Of a stretch of DNA of 64,000 nucleotides, positions 40,475-49,169 are shown piece by piece. The notes below the pieces were generated by a model, which did no database searches, had not been told where the DNA came from, and saw only the letters and a list, made by a program, of their open reading frames with translations. Origin of the DNA: Saprospiraceae bacterium (lineage in GTDB: Bacteria > Bacteroidota > Bacteroidia > Chitinophagales > Saprospiraceae); assembly GCA_965222645.1 (NCBI GenBank), contig OZ244968.1:5386008-5450007 (forward strand), given 5' to 3'. Within the stretch, counting starts at the first letter, position 1, and every line of letters begins with the position of its first letter. The position numbers were made by a program, and so were the translations under genes.

Positions 40475-41764
40475 TCAGAAGCTTTGCCGTTCTTCAAACA
40501 TAGTGATCGCTTTATACAGAACTCCAGCTGATCCCCGGAATGTACCTGATCCTTTTGGTTTGTTATCAATAGTATACCACTCAAAAAAACCGTTGTTGTC
40601 TTTTACTCGCTTTACCATGGGCAATATTTCCTGGTAAGCTTCATCGATAAAACCATTTTTAATCAATTGTTGAATCATCCGGCCCCCAAACCAGGTCCAG
40701 TCTCCCCCGTTTTGGTAGCCATAGGGATACATGCTTTTATTTTTAAAAAATCCTTCGGGGTAGGGAGGATGCATAGTCAGACCGATCGACCCTGCACCGG
40801 ACATCTTGACGTTTGCCTGCATTCGCTGAAGCGCGGTTCTAATTTCGGTTTTTGTGAGAAGACCTGCTTCGATTGCCACTGCGGTGCCTCCGTGATAATA
40901 GATTTTGTTTTCATCGAAGTCATCCGGAAAGGGCGAGCCGTTTAAATATATATGTGGCCTAAATTTTTGATTTTCTTGGTCCCATAAATGCTTCCGTGCA
41001 TTTTCTGCAATTTTATTTCTGATTGACTTCCATTTTTCTATTGTGCGAGGTAGAATTTCCATCATGTTATCTAGCGCAATAAGGAACATGGAATTGTCGT
41101 ATATATCGATAGCGTAATGTGTGTCATCGGTAAAATATACGCCCCAGTCATGCTCAGGCTGTACATCCCCCCAGTCGGCGGTTGTAGCACCCCATAATAG
41201 TCCGTATTTTTCATTGTAACGATGCTGCATGAGAAAATCCATTGACGATTCCAGCCGGTCACCTACTTCGATACTTCCAACTACTTCGTTTAAAATGGAA
41301 TAGTCACCCTTCGCTTTTATGTATTTATACACTGTCTGCACGAGTGATGATTCTTGATCCGTTTCCACAGTATTCTTGTGACCTGCATACCGAGGCTCTT
41401 CCTCACTATAGATATAGTCATATCCATGTCCCGAAAGTTTGTCCTTTGGGATATATCCGTCAATTATGTTACCGTCATCTCCCTGCATTCTAAAAAAGAC
41501 GATTAGATTTTCTTTTAGAACTGCCGCGTCGAATACTTCAGCAGAGAGATCGATAAAGGTATTGTAATCACGAATCCAAATTTCTCCATAACCATCTCCG
41601 GCATTAAATCCGGTTTTAATGATTTCCAGCGCCTTTTTTTTGGTAAATTTAAAGTATTCTTTGATTGACTCATGAGATATATTTGCGGAATCCTCTGAAG
41701 GTACCTTGCAATAAATACTGCTGATCATGAAAATGAGCAGGATCTGAATGCGAATATTGTTCAT
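40475..41764 (-). CDS. Six-hairpin (alpha/alpha)6 glycoside hydrolase-like protein (GDE_C/GH63-like)
   Basis: 429 aa with a signal peptide. Blocks GEIWIRDYNTF, LLWGATTADWGD, YHGGTAVA and YQNGGDWTWFGG are typical of (alpha/alpha)6 barrel glycosidases. The family was not resolved. Confidence 0.45.
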   Translation of the reverse strand: MNNIRIQILLIFMISSIYCKVPSEDSANISHESIKEYFKFTKKKALEIIKTGFNAGDGYGEIWIRDYNTFIDLSAEVFDAAVLKENLIVFFRMQGDDGNIIDGYIPKDKLSGHGYDYIYSEEEPRYAGHKNTVETDQESSLVQTVYKYIKAKGDYSILNEVVGSIEVGDRLESSMDFLMQHRYNEKYGLLWGATTADWGDVQPEHDWGVYFTDDTHYAIDIYDNSMFLIALDNMMEILPRTIEKWKSIRNKIAENARKHLWDQENQKFRPHIYLNGSPFPDDFDENKIYYHGGTAVAIEAGLLTKTEIRTALQRMQANVKMSGAGSIGLTMHPPYPEGFFKNKSMYPYGYQNGGDWTWFGGRMIQQLIKNGFIDEAYQEILPMVKRVKDNNGFFEWYTIDNKPKGSGTFRGSAGVLYKAITMFEERQSF

Positions 41765-41952
41765 ATAAATACTACAGTTTTGCCGTTTCTATCCAGACTT
41801 TTCTAAGATCAGTCTAGGTGGATTCAGGTCCGCTTCTTCCGTTCTTATATTGGAACCTTGCCGGCTTTTACCTTCATTACCGAATCGATCTTTTCTGATC
41901 AGATTTTTCCCGATCGCCATGCTCTTTGCCCACACCTCCAAAACCAAATTGG

Positions 41953-44900
41953 TTACCTTTTCATGTAAAATTCATCTAAATTCATTATCGAATTTATTAT
42001 CAATGTCAATGATGCCAATTTTGGGGCTTCGATATTTTTAGGTGGTGGATACTGACCAATCTTCACAAATGTGTTTGCAGCATCAATTTCTGATTCGAAT
42101 CTTGATTTTTCCTCAACATACAATTTCAACAGGTCACTTTTAGTCTTTTTGGAAATAGGTTTGCCACAGAGCCGGAAGTAAGCTTCTTCCACTGATTTTT
42201 CAGCATTCTCATTCTTTGCGAGCAGATCTTCAGCCAGCAGACGCGAGATTTCCACAAATTGTGGATCATTAAGCAGTACCAATGCTTGCAGGGGTGTATT
42301 TGTTTCTTGCCTCTTTACAGTACAAACACTTCGTGTTGGTGCATCAAAAATTTCCATGGCAGGATGCATGGAAGTACGACGCACAAAAGTGTAGATGCTC
42401 CTCCGGTATCTTGCGGATGCACTGTCAGGAAAGTACTCACGCAAAATATGGGTACTACTTGTTTTTTCTCTCCATAGTCCCCTGGGTTGCCAGGGCTTTA
42501 CGCTGGGACCTCCAACTGAAGAATTAAAGGCTGTTGTAGCTGCAAGGGCTTGATCTCGAAGCATTTCTGCTGTGAGCCGCATAGTTGGTCCACGTGACAA
42601 AAAGATATTTTCGGGATCTTTTTTCTGTTTGATAGAATCTGCTTGAGATGACTGACGGTATGTGTGAGACGTAACAATCTCTTTTATGAGGAATTTGATG
42701 TTCCAACCGGATTCTGCGAGTTGTGATGCCAAATAATCTAACAATTCAGGATGGGTAGGTAATTGTCCCTGCATACCAAAGTCATGTGGGGTTGCGACAA
42801 TTCCCCTTCCAAAAAAATGTTGCCACAGGCGATTTGCAATTACGCGGCTTGTCAGAGGATTTTTGGGATGGACAAGCCATTTGGCAAATCCCAGTCGATT
42901 TTTGGGCAAAGAGTCCGGAAAACTCAATATGGCCTCAGGTGTTCCCGGCTGGACCAAGTCACCCGGCTGGTTGTAGTTTCCACGAATCAAAATATTTGTG
43001 GGTCTTTGTTCTTTTACATCTTGCATGACCATTACTTCAGGAGCAGAATCCAGAATATCAAAGCATCTTTTTTCAAGTACATCGATTTCAGCTTCTACAG
43101 GATGTGGGTTGTGACTCAGATACCATTCTCTCTTTTCCTGCTCTGAAAAAGTAGAAGCATCGAGTTGTGTTTCTGACAAATGCCGGATTTCCAAAGTACT
43201 GAGGACCCGCCTGTACAGATAAAAATCATCCAGCATACCTTCAAAAATGCCATACTCACCCGTAAACGCGCGATAGCTTCTTCCTAAGCGCAGTGGAGTG
43301 TTTGATTTTTCTTTATTAAATGAGATCGGATAAATACTGCGCTGCAATTGATCTCTGTCAACTGCTGTTTTTTGTTTTATGCCATCAATAAAAATGCTTA
43401 CCCCACCAGCCTTTCCCGACCCGTCATAGGTAAACGCCAAATGGCTCCATTTTTTTACGGGAATTTGATTTGTAGATCTCACAACAAGGTGATCATGTGG
43501 TAACGCATGGATAAGTCTTAGTAAAGGCCTATTCAATGAATCCAGGATAAAATCCCAACCACGCCAGAACACCCCTTTAGGTCCGCTATTACCAACGAGT
43601 TGTTGTGTTGTCCTTCTTTCAGACGGATGCACCCAAATCGCTCCTGAAAAAGATTGATGAAAGTCAAATAATCCTACATCCCTTATATTAATGTATTCGA
43701 AGTCACTGTTGAAAAATGCGACACTACCACGAGCACTTTGCAAAGTTTCGACTCCTTCAGCCGCATACGTATCTGATCTGCTATCTACCTGACCAGACCC
43801 AATCTTGCTAAGTGAAAGATAGATTTGAAGATCCTTATTTAATTGACTTTTTATTTTCTTTGAAGAAATTTCAGTAGTGGAAAGGTCAATGCCGGCCCTG
43901 ATTTTATCAAGACTATTTTTTCTTTTTTGGATTTCGTTTTTTATTGAATCCAGGGTGAGTTTCGATTTATCATTTGGCAGTAATAAATTGGGCCCACTGT
44001 TTCCATCATCGCCCGTCAGACCAACTTCATCAACCTGATTAAAAAAAGCAAATAGCTGATAATAATCCCTCATGCTAACCGGATCATATTTATGATCGTG
44101 ACACCTGGCGCATTCCATCGTCATGCCCAGGAAAGCAGTACCTGTGGTAATAACCCGGTCGTGGGCATATTCCATCATGTATTCTTGATCGACAATACCA
44201 CCTTCTGCAGTGGTGGGATGATTTCGGTTGAAACCGGTGGCAATTAATTGTTTGTTACTGGGATTTGGAAGCAGATCTCCGGCGAGCTGGTCTATGATAA
44301 ATTTATCAAATGGTAAATTCTCTTTAAACGCATTGATCACCCAATCCCGCCAGGGCCACATGGATCTGTATCCGTCAGAATGCAATCCCTGTGAATCAGC
44401 ATATCTTGATACATCTAGCCAACCCAGGGTCATGTGCTCGGCATAAGCATCCGTGCTGAGAAGATGGTCAACCCAATGAGTATAATTTTCAAGTGAGGGA
44501 TTTTTTACAAATCTTTCAACATCCTCAGGCATTGGGGGAAGACCTGTGAGATCTAGTGTGACTCTTCTGATGAGCGTGTAGGGATCGGCCAACCCGGATG
44601 GATTGAGATTGATTTCCCCCAGCTTTTTCTTGACAAAAGCATCAATCGGCATATCATCCTGCTGATTTTTTATCAAGGGAATTTCAGGGTGACTTATTGG
44701 CGAGAATGCCCAGTGTTTTTCAAATTGCTCTCCCTGTTCGATCCATTTTTTTATAAGGGCCTTTTCATAATTGTTGAGAAATAATTTGCTTTTAGGGGGC
44801 GGCATAACAGATTCTTCCTCCTCACTAATAATGCGCTTCCATAGTATACTTTTTTTCGGATTAGATCTTACAAGAATTGGCTTACTGCCTTCTGATCGAT

Positions 44901-45126
44901 AATTAAGAACCTCATCTTCGATGTCCAATCTTAAGTCACCTTCCCGGGCTGCTTCATCCGGGCCGTGGCAATTATAACACCTGTCGGCCAATAGTGGCCG
45001 AATGTGAAAATTGTAGCTGATTTCATTGGGAATTTTTTTTCCGTCTATTTCTTCAGGTTGATCAGAATAACATCCCAGGCAGAGAACCAGAATCGAAATA
45101 CACGGTATATAAAATTCTTTCACCAC
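41953..45126 (-). CDS. PSCyt1 / DUF1549 (PSCyt2) / LamG / DUF1553 (PSD1) multidomain protein
   Basis: 1057 aa (GTG start), lipoprotein-like start. N-terminal heme motif CYNCHGPDEAAREGDLRLD, DUF1549-type CARCHDHKYDP, a central jelly-roll insert, and a DUF1553-like C-terminus. It is the classic partner of the downstream DUF1501 gene. Confidence 0.85.
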   Translation of the reverse strand: MVKEFYIPCISILVLCLGCYSDQPEEIDGKKIPNEISYNFHIRPLLADRCYNCHGPDEAAREGDLRLDIEDEVLNYRSEGSKPILVRSNPKKSILWKRIISEEEESVMPPPKSKLFLNNYEKALIKKWIEQGEQFEKHWAFSPISHPEIPLIKNQQDDMPIDAFVKKKLGEINLNPSGLADPYTLIRRVTLDLTGLPPMPEDVERFVKNPSLENYTHWVDHLLSTDAYAEHMTLGWLDVSRYADSQGLHSDGYRSMWPWRDWVINAFKENLPFDKFIIDQLAGDLLPNPSNKQLIATGFNRNHPTTAEGGIVDQEYMMEYAHDRVITTGTAFLGMTMECARCHDHKYDPVSMRDYYQLFAFFNQVDEVGLTGDDGNSGPNLLLPNDKSKLTLDSIKNEIQKRKNSLDKIRAGIDLSTTEISSKKIKSQLNKDLQIYLSLSKIGSGQVDSRSDTYAAEGVETLQSARGSVAFFNSDFEYINIRDVGLFDFHQSFSGAIWVHPSERRTTQQLVGNSGPKGVFWRGWDFILDSLNRPLLRLIHALPHDHLVVRSTNQIPVKKWSHLAFTYDGSGKAGGVSIFIDGIKQKTAVDRDQLQRSIYPISFNKEKSNTPLRLGRSYRAFTGEYGIFEGMLDDFYLYRRVLSTLEIRHLSETQLDASTFSEQEKREWYLSHNPHPVEAEIDVLEKRCFDILDSAPEVMVMQDVKEQRPTNILIRGNYNQPGDLVQPGTPEAILSFPDSLPKNRLGFAKWLVHPKNPLTSRVIANRLWQHFFGRGIVATPHDFGMQGQLPTHPELLDYLASQLAESGWNIKFLIKEIVTSHTYRQSSQADSIKQKKDPENIFLSRGPTMRLTAEMLRDQALAATTAFNSSVGGPSVKPWQPRGLWREKTSSTHILREYFPDSASARYRRSIYTFVRRTSMHPAMEIFDAPTRSVCTVKRQETNTPLQALVLLNDPQFVEISRLLAEDLLAKNENAEKSVEEAYFRLCGKPISKKTKSDLLKLYVEEKSRFESEIDAANTFVKIGQYPPPKNIEAPKLASLTLIINSIMNLDEFYMKR

Positions 45127-45138
45127 AGATTTTAGGAG

Positions 45139-46275
45139 TTATGTCAGAAGATCTGTCACCACATGGCCATGCACATCTGTGAGGCGAAATCTTCTTCCCT
45201 GGTACTTATAGGTAAGATTTTCGTGGTCTATACCTAAAAGGTGCAAAATCGTCGCCTGGAAATCGTGCACATGCACAGGATTGTCGATGATATTGTAACT
45301 AAAATCATCAGTCAATCCGTATGTAAGTCCCTTTTTTACACCACCGCCGGCCATCCATATGGTAAAGCAACGTGGATGATGATCTCTTCCAAAATCATTT
45401 TTTGTCAATTTGCCTTGTGAATAGACGGTTCGACCAAATTCTCCTCCCCAGATTACCAGGGTATCATCCAGCATACCCCTCTGTTTGAGATCGATGATCA
45501 AGGCTGCCGATGCTTGATCCGTCTGTCTGGAAAGCCTGGGGATTTGCCCTGGCAGGTTACCATGATGGTCCCATCCCCGGTGATACAGCTGGATAAACCG
45601 CACGTCATTTTCGGCTAATTTCCGGGCGAGCAGACAATTTGCGGCATAAGTGCCCGGAACTTTGCTATCAGGTCCGTATAAGTCAAAAATATGATCTGGT
45701 TCCTTTGAAACATCGAGTGCCTCTGGTACTGATGTTTGCATGCGAAAAGCCATCTCGTATTGATTTATTTTGGAGATTATACCAGGGTCTTTCCAGTCTC
45801 GAGCGTTTTGTCGCTGAATATTTATGATTTTTTCCAACTGATTTTTTCGTGCTTCATATGAAAGTCCGTCTGGATTACCGAGATATAATATTGCATTTTT
45901 TCCAGCTCTAAATTGTACTCCTTGATAGTGGGATGGGAGAAAACCATTCCCCCACAGGCGATTGTAAAGGGGTTGCCCTCCACCACCGGCACCTTGAGAA
46001 AGTAGGACACAGAAAGAAGGAAGGTTTTCATTTTCACTCCCGAGACCATAGGTCACCCATGATCCGATGCTGGGTCTTCCCGGCAGTTGGGATCCAGTTT
46101 GGATAAAAGTCACCGCCGGATCATGGTTTATCGCTTCCGTGTACATTGATTTTACAAAACATAATTCGTCGACAATCTGAGCAGTATGAGGCATTAACTC
46201 ACTGACCCATGCGCCGGAGTCTCCATGTTGCGAAAAGTTGTAGGGGGACGAAACCACTGGGAGTTCTGTTTGTCC
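45139..46275 (-). pseudogene. DUF1501 (sulfatase-fold) protein, C-terminal fragment, separated from its N-terminus by IS66
   Basis: The sequence from ...ELPVVSSPYNFSQHGDSGAWVSELMPHTA...SMYTEAINHDPA... to ...GRDHHP... matches DUF1501. The first 14 codons of the track ORF (45139..46317) are IS-end sequence, not gene. Confidence 0.85.
46268..46275. repeat. 8-bp target-site duplication (left copy), GTTTGTCC
   Basis: Identical octamer at 48662-48669, directly abutting the IS66 terminal inverted repeats. Confidence 0.9.
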
Positions 46276-46344
46276 GTAAGCGTCTAGTGATGAGCGTATT
46301 GTCTGCCTGGATATCATTGTTAATCTTTGTGGAAAAGTGCAAAG

Positions 46345-46638
46345 ATGGCCAGACAGAAAAAAGAAGATGTATTCCCATTAATAAAAGGTGTGTTGGAGGG
46401 GCAGATAAGCAAGGAAGACTTTTGTGAATTGACCAATCTGAAGCTATCGAGCTATCAGTATTGGTTGAGGAGATATCAGAATGAAGTGATGAGTAACGGC
46501 TCTTTTGTGCGAGTAAAGACAAATAAAGTGAGGGATCTGCCTTGCAGCGTTGAGATCAGCATAAATCAAGATATAACGATACGTTTTTCACAACTGGTGC
46601 CCCCAGATTATTTACTTAAGCTTATCGAGCAGAAATGA
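46345..46638 (+). CDS. tnpA: IS66 accessory protein TnpA (orf1)
   Basis: Small ORF (ATG 46345; the track starts at TTG 46327) whose TGA overlaps the tnpB ATG (ATGA at 46635-46638). Confidence 0.7.
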   Translation: MARQKKEDVFPLIKGVLEGQISKEDFCELTNLKLSSYQYWLRRYQNEVMSNGSFVRVKTNKVRDLPCSVEISINQDITIRFSQLVPPDYLLKLIEQK

Positions 46639-47000
46639 TAGGGTTATCCACCACGCACCGGTATTACATGTATCGCCATCCCACAGATATGAGAAAGAGC
46701 TTTACGGGGTTAGCAGGTTTGGTGATCAATGAGATGGGAGTAGATCCATTGCAGGGAGATGCCTACCTATTTGTAAATAAGCGTCGTACGTTAATAAAGG
46801 TATTGATATGGGACCGTACAGGTTTTGTGATCTACTATAAGAAATTATCGTCCGGGACATTTGAGTTGCCGAGTTGGAAAGAAAAAGGATCATCGAAAGA
46901 AATAGAAATTCCGACACTACTGATGATGCTGGAAGGAGTACACATAAAAAGTGCAAAACTACGCAAGCGTTATAGGGGCAAGGTAGCTAAAAGGGCGTAG
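46635..47000 (+). CDS. tnpB: IS66 Orf2-like protein TnpB
   Basis: 121 aa. MYRHPTDMRKSFTGLAGLV...GDAYLFVNKRRTLIKVLIWDRTGFVIYYKKL is the conserved IS66 TnpB core. Confidence 0.9.
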   Translation: MIGLSTTHRYYMYRHPTDMRKSFTGLAGLVINEMGVDPLQGDAYLFVNKRRTLIKVLIWDRTGFVIYYKKLSSGTFELPSWKEKGSSKEIEIPTLLMMLEGVHIKSAKLRKRYRGKVAKRA

Positions 47001-47075
47001 AAATAAATCGAATAAATAGGAAATATTTTTTGTAAATATTATAAAATAATTGCATGTATTTTTGTAAATTAAAGT

Positions 47076-48611
47076 GTGGAAAGAGTACGACCAACATATG
47101 AGGAATTGGTTGAAATCAATGCTGCACATGTACAACAAATAAATACACAGACACAGCAAATAAGTGTACAGACACAACAAATAAATGCACATGTACAGCA
47201 AATCGCATTACTTAAATACGAATTAGAACAATTAAAAAAAGCCATTACCGGTCCTAGATCAGAACGATTTATCCCAACGGATACAGATCAAGTTTTACTC
47301 TTTGCAGAAGAAAATACCTCAGATGATGAGATGCCTGATCAGAACCAGACAGAGGTAAAAACACTTAAGAAGAAAAAAAGAGGCAAGCGACCTAAGATGC
47401 CTACCCATCTTCCAGTGGATGAAATCATCGTCGAACCGGAAATAGATACATCTCAAATGGAAAGGATAGGGCAGTATGAGAGCTGGAAGTATACCATCAT
47501 ACCCCCGGAAATCAAAATCATAAAAACCATTCGCCCCAAGTATAAAGACGAGCAGGATAGCATTCATATCGCTGATCTAAATGAAGCCTTCCCCAAGACC
47601 AACTTTGATGCTTCTATGATCGCGTACATGATCATTCAAAAGTTTATGTATCATCTACCTGTTTATCGGCAGGTTAAGATGTTTGCAATGTTTGGGCTGT
47701 CATTTTCAAGATCTACGCTGAACAGCAGAGTAATAAAAGGAGCCGCAAAACTAAAATTACTCTATGAACTGCTTAAAACCATGGCTCTTCAATCAAATTA
47801 CTTACAGGCCGATGAATCGTCCATCCCAGTACTCACCAGAGATAAACCAGGAAGTGCCCTAAAAGGATGTGTGCTGATTAAACTAGCTCCCAAAGAAAAA
47901 TTGGTCGTATTTGATTATATAAAAACTAAAGAAAAGGTAAATATTTTAGGAGGCCTGAATGGGTTTAGTGGTCATCTGCAGGTAGATGGTAATGTCTCCT
48001 ATGAAACGAAAGGAAGACAAGTAGATGTTACCCTCATGCATTGCATGGTCCATAGCCGACGTAATTTTTTTGAAGCAAGAGATTACAATAGAAAAAAAGC
48101 AGACCATATGTTGGGACTAATCAGTCAGCTCTATGACATTGAAAGAAAATGTAAAGAAGACAACCTGGATCCCGAGCAAATACGCCAACGAAGACAAAGT
48201 GATTCAATCCCTGTGCTCAATGACATCAAGAAGTGGCTGGAAGATAATATCCAACCCAATCTACCCACTAATCCCCTACAGCAAGCAATTAACTATATGC
48301 TCAAAAGATGGGATGGTCTAATCGAATACACCAAAGATGGCAATTTACAACCTGATAATAATTTGATCGAAAATCAAATACGTCCCTTGGCATTGGGCCG
48401 AAAAAATTATCTTTTTTGTGGCTCACATGATGGTGCTCGCATGGCAACCATCGCCTATAGTCTGATCGCAACTTGCAAACTCAATGGTATCGACCCTTTC
48501 CGGTGGCTCATTTATGCATTCAATCACATTGATGGGCATGACATCAATAAGCTACATCAACTATTACCCATTGAGAAAAACAAACAGATATTCAAGCAAA
48601 CCATTGCTTGA
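47076..48611 (+). CDS. tnpC: IS66-family DDE transposase TnpC
   Basis: 511 aa (GTG start). N-terminal Gln-rich coiled coil/leucine zipper. Blocks ...LPVYRQ..., ADESSIPVL, LQVDGN..Y, ...HCMVHSRRNF.EA, and NLIENQIRPLALGRKNYLF.GSH.GA. Confidence 0.92.
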   Translation: MERVRPTYEELVEINAAHVQQINTQTQQISVQTQQINAHVQQIALLKYELEQLKKAITGPRSERFIPTDTDQVLLFAEENTSDDEMPDQNQTEVKTLKKKKRGKRPKMPTHLPVDEIIVEPEIDTSQMERIGQYESWKYTIIPPEIKIIKTIRPKYKDEQDSIHIADLNEAFPKTNFDASMIAYMIIQKFMYHLPVYRQVKMFAMFGLSFSRSTLNSRVIKGAAKLKLLYELLKTMALQSNYLQADESSIPVLTRDKPGSALKGCVLIKLAPKEKLVVFDYIKTKEKVNILGGLNGFSGHLQVDGNVSYETKGRQVDVTLMHCMVHSRRNFFEARDYNRKKADHMLGLISQLYDIERKCKEDNLDPEQIRQRRQSDSIPVLNDIKKWLEDNIQPNLPTNPLQQAINYMLKRWDGLIEYTKDGNLQPDNNLIENQIRPLALGRKNYLFCGSHDGARMATIAYSLIATCKLNGIDPFRWLIYAFNHIDGHDINKLHQLLPIEKNKQIFKQTIA

Positions 48612-48661
48612 AACTTAATCCAGTGCCATTTATTACTATACGTAGATTGCAGGACGCTTAC

Positions 48662-48669
48662 GTTTGTCC
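48662..48669. repeat. 8-bp target-site duplication (right copy), GTTTGTCC
   Basis: See 46268-46275. Confidence 0.9.
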
Positions 48670-48951
48670 TGCAGACATTCCTGTGAGACGCTGGCCTTTA
48701 CGTACAGAGTCTGGCAGGTTTTGACCATGAAATTTTTTGATCGTTGGCTTGTGATCAAAAAGATCCAATTGAGAAGGTGCTCCACTCTGAAAGAGATAAA
48801 TCACTCGTTTGACCTTGGCTGGAAAGTGGGTCGTAGGTGGAGAAGCCCGGGCCGGATTTAGAAGCCCGGACAAGGTAAGTGCACCTAATCCAAGAGTTGT
48901 TTTGCTCAAGAAATCCCGGCGGCTGAATGGTTTATAATTATCGCATTCCAT
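48662..48951 (-). pseudogene. DUF1501 protein, N-terminal fragment (Tat signal)
   Basis: The sequence is MECDNYKPFSRRDFLSKTTLGLGALTLSG...VIYLFQSGAPSQLDLFD...RLTGMSAGQ|. Removing the IS and one TSD copy joins ...GMSAGQT to ELPVVSSPYNF in frame. Confidence 0.85.
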
Positions 48952-49169
48952 GGTGAGTTATTCTCTCGACTACAAATTTAACGAATAGCGATGGGAGCTT
49001 AGATCTGGATTGAAGAAGGGAATTTTTAAGGCTGGCAAAGTTTGCACAGGATATCAGAGGTAATATCAACTACTTATTTGCTAGCTCAGTTGTAATATGA
49101 ATCTCTGGTGGCTAGCTTTCTCACCGCCCTGAGTAAATGCACCTGGTAGCCATGTACCTGATAATGTGA

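Larger units (their letters stand above)
46276..48661 (+). mobile_element. IS66-family insertion sequence (tnpA-tnpB-tnpC), 2386 bp
   Basis: Left end GTAAGCGTCTAGTGATGAGCGTATTGT. The reverse complement of the right end is GTAAGCGTCCTGCAATCTACGTATAGT. These are imperfect IRs beginning GTAAGCG, as is typical for IS66. The element has three ORFs in the canonical order and is flanked by the 8-bp TSD GTTTGTCC. Confidence 0.92.

Noticed and set aside
986-44446. Numerous 60-150-aa track ORFs lying antisense to or nested in long, motif-supported genes (e.g. 986..1192, 3388..4007, 5327..5991, 8016..8508, 25025..25366, 28020..28490, 39153..40400, 42259..43146, 56012..57897, 59449..61736)
   Set aside because: They are shadow ORFs inside confidently assigned CDSs, with no independent motif support.
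45139-46522. The N-terminal extension of track ORF 45139..46317 (MISRQTIRSSLDAYGQT...) and ORF 46199..46522
   Set aside because: Both read across the IS66 left inverted repeat and junction. The DUF1501 homology starts only at the target duplication (46275), so the extensions are junction artefacts.
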